Below are positions 1 through 8,870 of a DNA stretch of 24,948 nucleotides, one piece after another. Within the stretch, counting starts at the first letter, position 1, and the number at the start of each line of letters is the position of its first letter. The notes under the pieces are model-generated. The model was not told the DNA's origin and made no database searches. It saw nothing but the letters and a program-made list of their open reading frames with translations. Both the position numbers and the translations under genes were made by a program. Origin of the DNA: Pseudomonadota bacterium (GTDB lineage Bacteria; Bdellovibrionota; FAC87; UBA2466); the NCBI GenBank assembly GCA_043718025.1, contig JAYSWN010000145.1, positions 1 through 24,948 on the forward strand, read 5' to 3'.

Positions 1-1166
1 AACGCAATCTTTTCTACGGCGGTGGGCAATTCACCCACGGGATTGGAGGCGGGAACTACCGTTCCCAACTCTCCGGTAGTCTTAATTTCTATTGCTGAAT
101 CAGCAATCACGTTGCCTAACCAGACTTGAATATCGGCAACCGATTCATCGGGTAGGATACGACAATTCACCGTGGCGTGGGCCTCGGGCGGCAGGGCATT
201 TTCTTTAGTTCCGCCATGAACCATGGTGGCCACGCACGTCGTGCGCAGTTGAATTCTCAGGGCCGGGTCGGCCTCAATCTCTCGCAATGATTTTTTGGGC
301 AGAGTCGCTTTCGCTCGGCCAATTGATAAAAACGCCGCAGCCAGCGTTGGGGTTTCTAAAACCGCCCGACGCTCAAAATACGCGCGAGTCACCGCCGTAA
401 GACGCGCCGGCCGATCGGCCTTGCCCAAACGCTCTAAACCGCGCGCCAAGCGATAAATGGAATTGTCGGCCAGCGGAACCGAGGAGTGTCCAGTGGTGCC
501 TTTGGCGGTGAGCAAAAAATCTTGATACGTCTTCTCCGCCGATTGCAAATTCACCAACTTCACTTTTCCGGTGGCCCCCAACTCGGGACCTCCCCCTTCG
601 TTGATGGCAATTTCAGCGTTAACTAGATCGGGCCGGTTCTTTAACAAAAATTGAATCCCGGCGCCGCCTGACTCCTCATCACCGGTGAAGGCCAAAATAA
701 CGTCGCGGCTAAGCACGGCCTTTGATCGCTTGAGCATTAGAAAAACTTCGAGATTGATCGCAGCCATTCCCAAATCGTCGGAGACGCCGCGGCCGACCAA
801 GTAGCCGTCTTTTTCGACCACTTGGTGGGGAGAGCTGGTCCAGTTCTGATCTTGGGTGCCAACCACATCTAGATGGGCCAAAAGCATAAGGGGCCCCTTG
901 CCGGCCACTTTTGCCGACGGCGAGGCCTTCAAACGGGCCACCAAGTTTTGTCGGCCCGGGGCAAACTCAACGGCTTCATACTCAATGCCTTCATCGGCCA
1001 AGCGCTTGCCGATAATCGGAATCAACCGCGCTTCGTTTCCGGGCGGGTTTGAAGTGTCGGCCGCCACCATTTCGATGAGCGTTTTACGCACACTGAGCAC
1101 CTCGTTTTCGTAAGCCGCATTGGCGACGACGGAAAGAACGAGAAAGGCGAATAAGGTTGGATTCAT
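1..1166 (-). CDS. M20/M25/M40 family metallopeptidase, exported (3' end runs off the window)
   Basis: Absent from the ORF track; translated by hand from ATG at 1166: MNPTLFAFLVLSVVANA (signal peptide) ... DTSNPPGNE ... NLVARL ... LLAHLDVV ... GYLVGRGVSDDLG ... FTGDEESGG ... INEGG ... GHSSVP ... GGTKENALP ... VNCRILP. These are the M20 metal-binding motifs. The frame is open to the window edge. Confidence 0.92.
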   Translation of the reverse strand, partial: MNPTLFAFLVLSVVANAAYENEVLSVRKTLIEMVAADTSNPPGNEARLIPIIGKRLADEGIEYEAVEFAPGRQNLVARLKASPSAKVAGKGPLMLLAHLDVVGTQDQNWTSSPHQVVEKDGYLVGRGVSDDLGMAAINLEVFLMLKRSKAVLSRDVILAFTGDEESGGAGIQFLLKNRPDLVNAEIAINEGGGPELGATGKVKLVNLQSAEKTYQDFLLTAKGTTGHSSVPLADNSIYRLARGLERLGKADRPARLTAVTRAYFERRAVLETPTLAAAFLSIGRAKATLPKKSLREIEADPALRIQLRTTCVATMVHGGTKENALPPEAHATVNCRILPDESVADIQVWLGNVIADSAIEIKTTGELGTVVPASNPVGELPTAVEKIA

Positions 1167-1229
1167 AGTGCCTCAGGCTATACCAAGATTACCTACCGCC
1201 GCCAACCTAGACCCGCTGGCCGATATGTT

Positions 1230-1258
1230 TTCAATTCAAAATCCATCCACGGTACAAT
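1230..1258 (+). promoter_or_regulatory. sigma70-type promoter, probably leaderless, for CDS 1265
   Basis: TTCAAT (1230-1235), 17-nt spacer, TACAAT (1253-1258). ATG lies 6 nt downstream and there is no Shine-Dalgarno. Confidence 0.45.
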
Positions 1259-1264
1259 TTCAGC

Positions 1265-1975
1265 ATGGCGAAATTCACTTGGGGACTAGGGGTCGGGGTT
1301 TGGCTGATGGCAAGCCTCGCCGTAGGAAGCGGAGGGAACCCCGAGGATTGTTCACGCCTAGGAGATTTAAGCCCGTCTCAGAACACGGCTTCTTCCCCTC
1401 CTCAGGCCAGTTCGCAACGCAACGAACTGTTACCGGAGTTCAACCCAAAGCAGTGGGCCGATCAAAACGCGGAGTTAAAGATTCCGCAAATGCGTGCGGC
1501 GCTGCTACGTGAAAACTATGTTTGGCTTGATGCGGTAATGGGAAAACTGGTGAACCAGCCCGCTACGGGTACCCAGAAGGTGGCACTCTTTGAAACGTTC
1601 TTGAATGAGAGTGAGCGACGAGTTGAAGCGGTGCAAAAGACTTTGCGACAAAAGGGCGGCATTTGGTCTATCGCCAAACTCAATCGCTGGCAGTGCCGAC
1701 GGGCCGATCTTGGCGGAGGGATAACGGTTTTCTGGGGCGACGCTGGGCAGATTCTTGAGTTTCATCCCAATGGCGAGGTGTACCGCGCACGCGTCGGGCC
1801 CATTGCGGTAAAGGGAATTTATTCAGCGGAGTGGAAACCTCCCTATAACCAAGATGGCACCCCTATCCCCCCTCCGGGCGGAATCGAAGCTGAATCGCGA
1901 CGAAAACTGCTTCCCAACTCAGCCCCCCGGCCCAATGCGAGCCTTCCCCCGCCCCTAGAGCAATTGGAATGGTAG
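1265..1975 (+). CDS. hypothetical exported protein with Pro-rich C-terminus
   Basis: 236-aa ORF with a signal-peptide-like N-terminus (MAKFTWGLGVGVWLMASLAVG), then NPEDCSRL. Divergent from the peptidase; stops 10 nt before the next gene. Confidence 0.75.
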   Translation: MAKFTWGLGVGVWLMASLAVGSGGNPEDCSRLGDLSPSQNTASSPPQASSQRNELLPEFNPKQWADQNAELKIPQMRAALLRENYVWLDAVMGKLVNQPATGTQKVALFETFLNESERRVEAVQKTLRQKGGIWSIAKLNRWQCRRADLGGGITVFWGDAGQILEFHPNGEVYRARVGPIAVKGIYSAEWKPPYNQDGTPIPPPGGIEAESRRKLLPNSAPRPNASLPPPLEQLEW

Positions 1976-1978
1976 AAT
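1970..1978 (+). promoter_or_regulatory. extended -10 promoter (TGnTAGAAT), probably leaderless, overlapping the upstream stop codon
   Basis: TG-G-TAGAAT at 1970-1978, ATG 7 nt downstream at 1986, no Shine-Dalgarno. Confidence 0.5.
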
Positions 1979-1985
1979 TATAACT

Positions 1986-2789
1986 ATGGTTCCCCAACTC
2001 AGTCCCGCAATGGTTTCGGTGCTGGTGGCCCTGGCCATATTCTTTAGCTTGGAACAATTTTTTCCCCTGCGAAAACAACGCCGCCCCCTCGCCCACCGAC
2101 TGATGGTAAATTTTGTCATGTCTGCGATTACCTACACCGCCGCCGCACTGGTGATGCGCCCCGTCGCCCTCGCCGCTATGGGTTGGGGAGAGAGGTTCTC
2201 TTTCGGACTCCTGCATTGGCTTTCCTTTCCGCCGCCCCTTAGTTTTATTGTCGGGTTTCTTCTTATGGATTTAAGTTTCTATTACTGGCATCGGCTTAAC
2301 CATGCCCTTCCCGTTCTATGGCGCTTCCACAACGTGCATCATTTTGACCCCGACATGGACGCTTCCACCGGATTTCGTTTTCACTTTGCCGAGATTTTAA
2401 TTTCGACGCTCTTCCGTGCCGGTCAGGGGATTTTTATCGGTGCCTCGCTTGAAACGTTTTTGACCTTTGAGCTGGTCTTTCAGGTGGCGACCTATTTCCA
2501 TCACAGCAACCTTCGCCTGCCGCTGGGTTTTGAGCGATTATTAAATTTAATTATTGTGACGCCGCGAATGCATGCCATTCACCATTCTCAAGTGCGTGAT
2601 CAGGCCAATTCAAACTACTCGGTGATTTTTAGTCTCTGGGACCGGATCAACCGCAGTTTTCGGCGCGGCATTGCCGAGCAGTCAATTACGATCGGGGTTG
2701 CTGGGTATTCAAGCGATGCGGATAATAGCCTGGCCAATGCACTTAGCGCACCATTCATCACGCAGCGCGAGTATTGGCATCCGGTTTAG
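1986..2789 (+). CDS. sterol desaturase / fatty acid hydroxylase family membrane protein
   Basis: His boxes YYWHRLNH, FHNVHH, FHHSN and HAIHH, plus NYSVIFSLWDR and several hydrophobic segments. Confidence 0.93.
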   Translation: MVPQLSPAMVSVLVALAIFFSLEQFFPLRKQRRPLAHRLMVNFVMSAITYTAAALVMRPVALAAMGWGERFSFGLLHWLSFPPPLSFIVGFLLMDLSFYYWHRLNHALPVLWRFHNVHHFDPDMDASTGFRFHFAEILISTLFRAGQGIFIGASLETFLTFELVFQVATYFHHSNLRLPLGFERLLNLIIVTPRMHAIHHSQVRDQANSNYSVIFSLWDRINRSFRRGIAEQSITIGVAGYSSDADNSLANALSAPFITQREYWHPV

Positions 2790-3277
2790 TGCGGGCTTAA
2801 TTCTAAAAATTCATTCATAAAATCATCGAGCGCAAGCGGGTTGATTTCGGCGACTAGGTTCGACTTTAAAATGGCCACTCGTTTTCCTTGAACGTGGGCG
2901 AAGCGAACGAAAATTACTTGGCGGCCGGTTTGTAATAAAATTCCGTGCCCAACCTCTATCGCGTTGGCCAAATTTTTATCGAGACTTTCACCAGTGTGAG
3001 CCGTCGCCAATGGCATTCCGATTAGCGAAGCAAACCGTTTAGCGGCTTCACGCACGCCCCGATCTTCACGAACAAAAATTCGCGATAGGGTAGAAGTGGT
3101 CCCGCCATCATAGAGCTGTTCTTCAACCGCGATCCCACGCCGAGACGCTTGGGCCAAAAAAAGAAGTTCATCAAGGCGCGCGGCACAATCTGGATTGGAT
3201 TCAAAAAAATCGAACTCCTGCGAGTAAGACGACAGGCTGACAAACAGGCCGAGAACTATGGGGCAAAGAAAACGCAC
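2786..3277 (-). CDS. hypothetical exported protein
   Basis: 163-aa ORF (GTG start) with signal peptide MRFLCPIVLGLFVSLSSYS, then NPDCAARL. Its stop overlaps the desaturase stop by 4 nt. Confidence 0.7.
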   Translation of the reverse strand: MRFLCPIVLGLFVSLSSYSQEFDFFESNPDCAARLDELLFLAQASRRGIAVEEQLYDGGTTSTLSRIFVREDRGVREAAKRFASLIGMPLATAHTGESLDKNLANAIEVGHGILLQTGRQVIFVRFAHVQGKRVAILKSNLVAEINPLALDDFMNEFLELSPH

Positions 3278-3403
3278 TCACAGTGTCTATCCCACAACCC
3301 TTCGGCAGCTCAAGGTAAACAATTTAAGTATCCGAATTTACTTACTTTTATCTGTGTCATATTTTCTATGACCAGTTTCCCGCATCTCAGCCATAATGAA
3401 GTA

Positions 3404-3424
3404 GTTGCGCCATTGTCGTGCAAC
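3404..3424. promoter_or_regulatory. palindromic NtrC-like enhancer (UAS)
   Basis: GTTGCGC-CATTGTC-GTGCAAC. The core TGCGCCAttgTCGTGCA matches TGCACCA-N3-TGGTGCA at 12 of 14 positions and is centred about 87 bp upstream of the predicted sigma54 start. Confidence 0.55.
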
Positions 3425-3474
3425 CTAGTTTTCTATTGGTTTCAGGGGGTTAAAAACCCGATCGAACGGCTTAT

Positions 3475-3490
3475 TGGCACCCCTGTTGCA
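3475..3490 (+). promoter_or_regulatory. sigma54 (-24/-12) promoter
   Basis: TGGCAC-CCCTG-TTGCA, an exact match to TGGCAC-N5-TTGCW, ending 39 nt before ATG 3530. Confidence 0.8.
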
Positions 3491-3529
3491 CAAAAACTCA
3501 AGTTACCCACTTTTTAGCCCGGAATACTT

Positions 3530-4927
3530 ATGCGAAATAAGCCTTGGTTCGTCTTTGCCCTAATTACGGAACTGCTGCTGTGCTGGAGGCCAAGTTATGG
3601 CGTGGACCCGGTCATCGAGGAGTTAGTAAAGGCGACCCAGAGTTCCGATTCGGCCATCCGAAGCACCGCCGAGGCCAAACTTCGCACTCTACTACAAACC
3701 CTTATTGTGCCTGAGACGGCTCTGCCTACGGCCACAGACACGGAAATAGCTAAGGTTGAGGCCCGGAATAAATTCCAGCTTGAGAATGCGGTCGAACAAT
3801 TAACGACTCAGCTTACGAACTATGAAAAAAGGCGCAAGGCCAACGCAGAGGAGTACGCCCGCTACACTGAAAACATGCGTGCTGACTCTAGAAACTCACC
3901 GCCCGAGAAAGACGCACTAGCCCGACGTTATGAAGGGCAAAGAGATGCAAGCAACCTAAATTATTTATTTCAGCAATTCACTCGTTTCAAACCTGTGATC
4001 AAAGATTTTACCAGGGTGCCGAAAACCACCACCCCCGGTGAACTTGTCGCCCAGAAGGCTTTTATCAAGTTGTTGATGCCGCAATTTACGAGCTTTGGTC
4101 CCAATAGCTATATGATCGCGGATCTCGAAAATAATTTTGGAGATCCGTTGTACCGGGTTCCGGGCGAAGCAAACACCAGCGCCACTTCAAATTTATTTTA
4201 CGATGAAATGAAAGAGATCCACCGCAAATCCGTTTACGTGGAGGCAGGTGAATCGAGCGCTGAAGACTTTAAAGTGAGCTTTAAAAAACTTCTCAAAAGT
4301 GACCCCTACGCCATTCTACCCACCGGCAATCGAGAAGCTCGTCTAGACGCCTTGGCTAACATTTTATTGAAAGCTTCTGGGGAGTTTAATCACAATTTCG
4401 AGCTCAAAGACTTTCTTCGCGACGCGGAAGGAAAAACCGTAGCGATCGACAAGGACAAAAAGCGAATTGAGTTTCAGATCGATCGTTTCGACATTGCTGC
4501 CCGCATGGTGGAACGCATGGGAGCAAGCCAGCTCGAAACTAAGGCGTGTGTGGCCGTCACTCAAAAACTTCTCGATTTTCTTGGCGTTTACCGCAGAGAT
4601 AATAGTGGCATATCAAAATTTTTGAACGTGGATGATATTTACCGTGGCAACGGCGAGGCAACCAACGAACGCAACGCCATAGTGCAGGCCAAAAGCGCTT
4701 GGCTACTCTCGTTATTGTTGGAACACGTCAGAAGCAAACCTGAGCTGCAGAGTAGCAGTCTTTCGCCATATAGCGACCGAACCACCATCGGATCAGCCAT
4801 TGAAGGGCTTTGGTCGGAACGCGCCACCAGCCTAGGCGCTCGCCGTACCCTTGCCGATCAACATTGTGTTTTAAAATTAAGCGCCCTTCTAAATGATGGG
4901 CCGCATACATTAGTAGCCCCGAAATAA
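3530..4927 (+). CDS. hypothetical exported helical protein
   Basis: 465-aa ORF with signal peptide, a coiled-coil-like charged stretch (about aa 70-135) and C-terminal HCVLKLSALL. No recognised domain. Confidence 0.85.
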   Translation: MRNKPWFVFALITELLLCWRPSYGVDPVIEELVKATQSSDSAIRSTAEAKLRTLLQTLIVPETALPTATDTEIAKVEARNKFQLENAVEQLTTQLTNYEKRRKANAEEYARYTENMRADSRNSPPEKDALARRYEGQRDASNLNYLFQQFTRFKPVIKDFTRVPKTTTPGELVAQKAFIKLLMPQFTSFGPNSYMIADLENNFGDPLYRVPGEANTSATSNLFYDEMKEIHRKSVYVEAGESSAEDFKVSFKKLLKSDPYAILPTGNREARLDALANILLKASGEFNHNFELKDFLRDAEGKTVAIDKDKKRIEFQIDRFDIAARMVERMGASQLETKACVAVTQKLLDFLGVYRRDNSGISKFLNVDDIYRGNGEATNERNAIVQAKSAWLLSLLLEHVRSKPELQSSSLSPYSDRTTIGSAIEGLWSERATSLGARRTLADQHCVLKLSALLNDGPHTLVAPK

Positions 4928-5090
4928 GGGCCTGATTTACCTCACCTTTTGCCGTCATTCGACTTACCACAAGGCTCAGCCTTATTCCGCGGCGACTTGG
5001 CCAAAGCCCGCAACTATTTCCATAGGTAATTCCACTACCCTGCACCTACCCAAATAAAAAAACCGCTCCACTGCTACTTTTGCTGTGTCG

Positions 5091-5111
5091 CGTTACATAA
5101 AAATGGTAACG
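5091..5111. promoter_or_regulatory. palindromic operator candidate
   Basis: CGTTAC-ATAAAAATG-GTAACG, perfect 6-bp arms around an AT-rich 9-nt spacer, in the intergenic region upstream of CDS 5198. Confidence 0.35.
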
Positions 5112-5197
5112 ATTTGGAACCAGGGGATTCACGGCAACTTATAATTTTTGGGAGGCGTCTCTTAGTGCGAACTTCTTTATTCGGTAAAACCATTGGC

Positions 5198-8100
5198 ATG
5201 AATCGCAATTTTAAAGGCCTCGGTTACCGCCTAATGATCGCCGTTTTAATTTTCCAGTTCGTAGTGCCCCCGCAGATACTTTTTGCCAAACCCGATGAGC
5301 CCCAAGAACCCCCGCCGTCTGGCTCCCAATCCGTCCCGGCTTCCATGGCTGACTTAGCCCTCAGCGTAAATGGACGTTTAGTGCCGGGCATTGACGATCC
5401 CCGTGCGATCGAAATTTCGAAAATGATTGGGGCAGGTCAGGTCACTCCGGCCGTGCTCGATTTCTTAGTGGGCCAAGGGCTGCGCTTCGGAGGTGGCACC
5501 CGGATTCTTTTTTCTGACGCTCCCAATTTTGACCATCCGGTTCCTAATTCCTCTAACTTTGATCAAGTGAAGATTGTGGCCAGCGATGGCCAACTTGAAT
5601 TTCAGATGGGCAACACTCCGAAAGATGACCCCGCCTTCGTTCCCACCCTCACCCACTTTATTCCGGGCGTGCACGTGGCCGGCGTGGAGGGCAAGCAGTT
5701 TACCCGCACCAGCGCCAACGTCTATTTCGTAAATAAAAGTGCCGACGGAAAATTGGACGCCGTTCGCGCCGTTTCCATTCCGCAGGCCGAAGGTAACGCT
5801 GAACTAAACGGTGCGCTTTTTAAGGGAACCCTTCCGGTCACCCACGCCATTTCGCTAGCACACATTCCGGCTGGTTGGGAATTCAAAGGCATTTCGCTTT
5901 TGGCCCGCAACCAGAGACCCCGAAATTTGTTGCGCTTCGACAATTTTGAACCGGTTCCGGCCATGGAAACCGGCGGCGAAGACATTGCGCTCGCCTTTAC
6001 CGACCAAAACGATGAAGAGCGTTGCCTTTGGGTGCCGCAAGAGATCATCAACCAATTTCAATTGCGGCGCCTCGAACAGCTCACCTGGCTGGCGCTGCTA
6101 GATAACGGCGGAGTCGACGAAAAAGAGAAGAAAGAGTTGGTGGCATTTTTAGAATCGATGGCCGCCGAAACCCAGAGTATTGAACAGGCTAAACAAGACC
6201 TTAGGGCCATTCGGGAAGCCAGTGGAGACTCGTTGGTCCATTCTGATTTAGTGTATGCCGCCTTAAAAAGACTGAACGTGCCCTGGCTCATCCACCACTT
6301 GAGCCCGGTCGAAGAAAAGGCGAAAACCCACGATGGCAAAACCGTGGTGTTGATGAGAAGCCGTTTAGCCGCTTTATACAACTCCCAACGCGACCGTTTC
6401 GGTAGGACCTGGGAAGACGACTACGCCCGCATTGTTGCCGCCCGAAAAGCGCGGGGAGTGACCGCTGAAGAAACGGCTACGACGACTCAGACCTGGGCGA
6501 AAGATCTGCAGAATAGCCTCAAAGCCGACGACCAAGTCACCAGCCAGTTCGAAGCCACCGCCGCTTCCCGTCAAGCCCTCAAGCGAAAAGGCTTTGTTGG
6601 AAAAATGCTGAGCTCGGCGCGCCTCAAATTTCTTGCCTTGGCGATGGGCGGAGTGGGTGCGGTATCGGTGCTCCCCCGGGATAGCGCCCCGGTTGAATTT
6701 TTGACCGCAATCGGCACGCACATCGTACAAGCCACCGAAAAAACTCCGGCCGAAATGGTGATTAAACCCATTACCGATTTTGGCGGCATGATCGGCAACT
6801 CAATGACCTCCGGTAACTGGCTCGGCTTTGCGCTGTTGAGCGGCGGCTTTGCCTTTTGCGTATCCCAATATTTCTTAGGCCATTTGCTTGCGGCTGGCGT
6901 TGCTACGATGCGCGGTAAGACGGGCGATTTTTTCACCCGTTCGACCAACCAGATGTGGGATCTCTATTGCCGCATCATTCGCCCGTGGACCATGCCGGAA
7001 CAGCTCAAGCGCTGGATTTTTAATGCGGGCCGAACCGATCGGGCGCTACAGGCCCGTTCTCCAGAAAATCTTGAAGCGCTGAAGGCCAATCTTAAAGGCC
7101 GGGCCAACGCTCAAGCAATGGCGGCACAGTTGGCCACCTTGGTAGCCGAAGCCCAGAAAAAAGCGGCCGCCGGTGATCCTGCAGCAAACGACGCTTTAGT
7201 CTCTGAAGTGTTGACCAATATTTTAGCCGCCGCGACGGTGGGCGAGGCCAGTGAAATCCCTCCCGACCTATTGGTAGCCTTGATGACTTCAAATGGGCCG
7301 GGTGAGCCAGCGCCGACCGCAGACCAAATTCGCGAACGCACCGAGGCCTTAATGACCGATCCGCAACAGATCGAAAGGCTAGTAACCGTAAGGGGCCTAC
7401 TGGTGCGCACTTTAACCGCGGTTGCCGATGCGGATCCCAGCGCTTTACCGGTAAATGGCGAAGTGCTTAAGGCCAAGATTGCGTTGTACCAGCAGCTTGC
7501 GGCACAAATAAAGACGGCCGAGATCTCGTCCACCGCCAAAACGGCGATGGGGCGAGGGTTCAACTCGTTCTGCAAATTCACCAGTCGTCATTTGCTAACG
7601 TTCAAAGATTTCATGGGCCAAGTGCTCATGGGAGTCAAAGGCGCCGAGATTGCCCGCCAAGCGGGTAAACCAGTTCCCGAACACATCAAGAATGGGGTTA
7701 TCCACCGCGCCATCATCGATTTTTTCATGTCCGAGTTCAACGGTGCGATCCTTGAGCCTAAGACCTTCACCTTGCCGACATCAATCTCTGGCATGCCGGG
7801 CTTCATGCCGGCCGCAGTCGGATCGTGGGAACAGACTTTTAGTTGGTTAATGATCCCCATCGGCAACATGATGTTTACCATGGCGCGACCGCATAAATTG
7901 AAGCAATCGGCGGAGCCCTTCGAAAGTTTGGCCACCGAAATGGTTGAGCCAAACATGCAATCATTAGAGTCTTACATCATTCGTATGTTCGCCAATAATT
8001 TTAGCTGGGACCCAGAAAGTCCGGGCTTCTTCAAAAATGTCTTCAGCTATATCAAGGCCGGCGTGCTTCAACACAAAGCTCGCTGCGGCTTCTTGGCGCT

Positions 8101-8824
8101 ATGCTTGCTAGCCGGATTTCTCATCACCAAATTCACCGGCGATCCAGAGCAAGCCGCCAAGATCAATTTGTGGACGATTCCCTTGGTGGCGTGGATTTCT
8201 GCTTACAACATTTCGTTCGCTAAATGCTCGATAAGCCCTTGGCACGTAGGGTACGCTCTTTCGTGGCCGGGGGTCGACTTAGGCGATGTGAACACAATTT
8301 GGGCGGAGAAGAACCAGCACCGAATTCAGGAGGCCCTGGGGCAAATCGGCTCTACGTCGCCCGAGTTACGCCAGCACGGCATCCGATCGATGAAAGAGCT
8401 TTACCATGAAGGGTACAAATCACTTCCGGCGCAATTCAATAAAGACTCGGCGGATTTTAGTGAAGAGGAGGCCGCTGATTTTTTTGCCCACGTACTAACT
8501 AAATTGCCCTTACCCAATCGGGCCAGCGCACTAGGCCATACGTTACTAAACGTGGCGGGAGTTACCTTTACGACGCTCATCTACTTCGCCGTTTTTAAAG
8601 GGCTGCTTTCTGGGGCGCCCAGCGTGGCGCAGGCGGCGATAGACTTCGCGTTCATCACCACGTGGATGGGTATTACCGCCGTGGGGGCGTTGTCGTTAGA
8701 CTGGGCTAGCCGCATGGGCACCAAGTGGTTTAAGCCAATGACCAAAGCGATTGGCGCCGGGGTCGATGGCATCCGCCGGGCGTGCCGCGAAATGCTGGGC
8801 GAAACCCCGATAAACCTAAAATAG
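5198..8824 (+). CDS. large hypothetical exported or membrane protein (about 1208 aa)
   Basis: Long ORF. ATG 5198 is preferred over TTG 5114 because it gives a signal-peptide-like N-terminus. Beta-rich N-terminal region, Ala-rich helical middle, about 6 hydrophobic segments, C-terminal CREML. Confidence 0.88.
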   Translation: MNRNFKGLGYRLMIAVLIFQFVVPPQILFAKPDEPQEPPPSGSQSVPASMADLALSVNGRLVPGIDDPRAIEISKMIGAGQVTPAVLDFLVGQGLRFGGGTRILFSDAPNFDHPVPNSSNFDQVKIVASDGQLEFQMGNTPKDDPAFVPTLTHFIPGVHVAGVEGKQFTRTSANVYFVNKSADGKLDAVRAVSIPQAEGNAELNGALFKGTLPVTHAISLAHIPAGWEFKGISLLARNQRPRNLLRFDNFEPVPAMETGGEDIALAFTDQNDEERCLWVPQEIINQFQLRRLEQLTWLALLDNGGVDEKEKKELVAFLESMAAETQSIEQAKQDLRAIREASGDSLVHSDLVYAALKRLNVPWLIHHLSPVEEKAKTHDGKTVVLMRSRLAALYNSQRDRFGRTWEDDYARIVAARKARGVTAEETATTTQTWAKDLQNSLKADDQVTSQFEATAASRQALKRKGFVGKMLSSARLKFLALAMGGVGAVSVLPRDSAPVEFLTAIGTHIVQATEKTPAEMVIKPITDFGGMIGNSMTSGNWLGFALLSGGFAFCVSQYFLGHLLAAGVATMRGKTGDFFTRSTNQMWDLYCRIIRPWTMPEQLKRWIFNAGRTDRALQARSPENLEALKANLKGRANAQAMAAQLATLVAEAQKKAAAGDPAANDALVSEVLTNILAAATVGEASEIPPDLLVALMTSNGPGEPAPTADQIRERTEALMTDPQQIERLVTVRGLLVRTLTAVADADPSALPVNGEVLKAKIALYQQLAAQIKTAEISSTAKTAMGRGFNSFCKFTSRHLLTFKDFMGQVLMGVKGAEIARQAGKPVPEHIKNGVIHRAIIDFFMSEFNGAILEPKTFTLPTSISGMPGFMPAAVGSWEQTFSWLMIPIGNMMFTMARPHKLKQSAEPFESLATEMVEPNMQSLESYIIRMFANNFSWDPESPGFFKNVFSYIKAGVLQHKARCGFLALCLLAGFLITKFTGDPEQAAKINLWTIPLVAWISAYNISFAKCSISPWHVGYALSWPGVDLGDVNTIWAEKNQHRIQEALGQIGSTSPELRQHGIRSMKELYHEGYKSLPAQFNKDSADFSEEEAADFFAHVLTKLPLPNRASALGHTLLNVAGVTFTTLIYFAVFKGLLSGAPSVAQAAIDFAFITTWMGITAVGALSLDWASRMGTKWFKPMTKAIGAGVDGIRRACREMLGETPINLK

Positions 8825-8829
8825 ATAAT

Positions 8830-8863
8830 GCCGGACAAGACATTGATTATTGTCTTGTCCGGC
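8830..8863. terminator. hairpin between convergent genes, probable bidirectional terminator
   Basis: Perfect 13-bp stem GCCGGACAAGACA / TGTCTTGTCCGGC with an 8-nt loop; no U-tract on either side. Confidence 0.65.
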
Positions 8864-8870
8864 CGTTAAG

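Noticed and set aside
856..1512. Plus-strand ORFs 856-1113 and 1120-1512
   Set aside because: Antisense to the M20 peptidase or out of frame with CDS 1265; no protein-like features.
3149..3517. 122-aa plus-strand ORF
   Set aside because: Overlaps the minus-strand gene and runs through the enhancer and sigma54 promoter.
4728..5045. 105-aa minus-strand ORF
   Set aside because: Mostly antisense to CDS 3530, with no motif.
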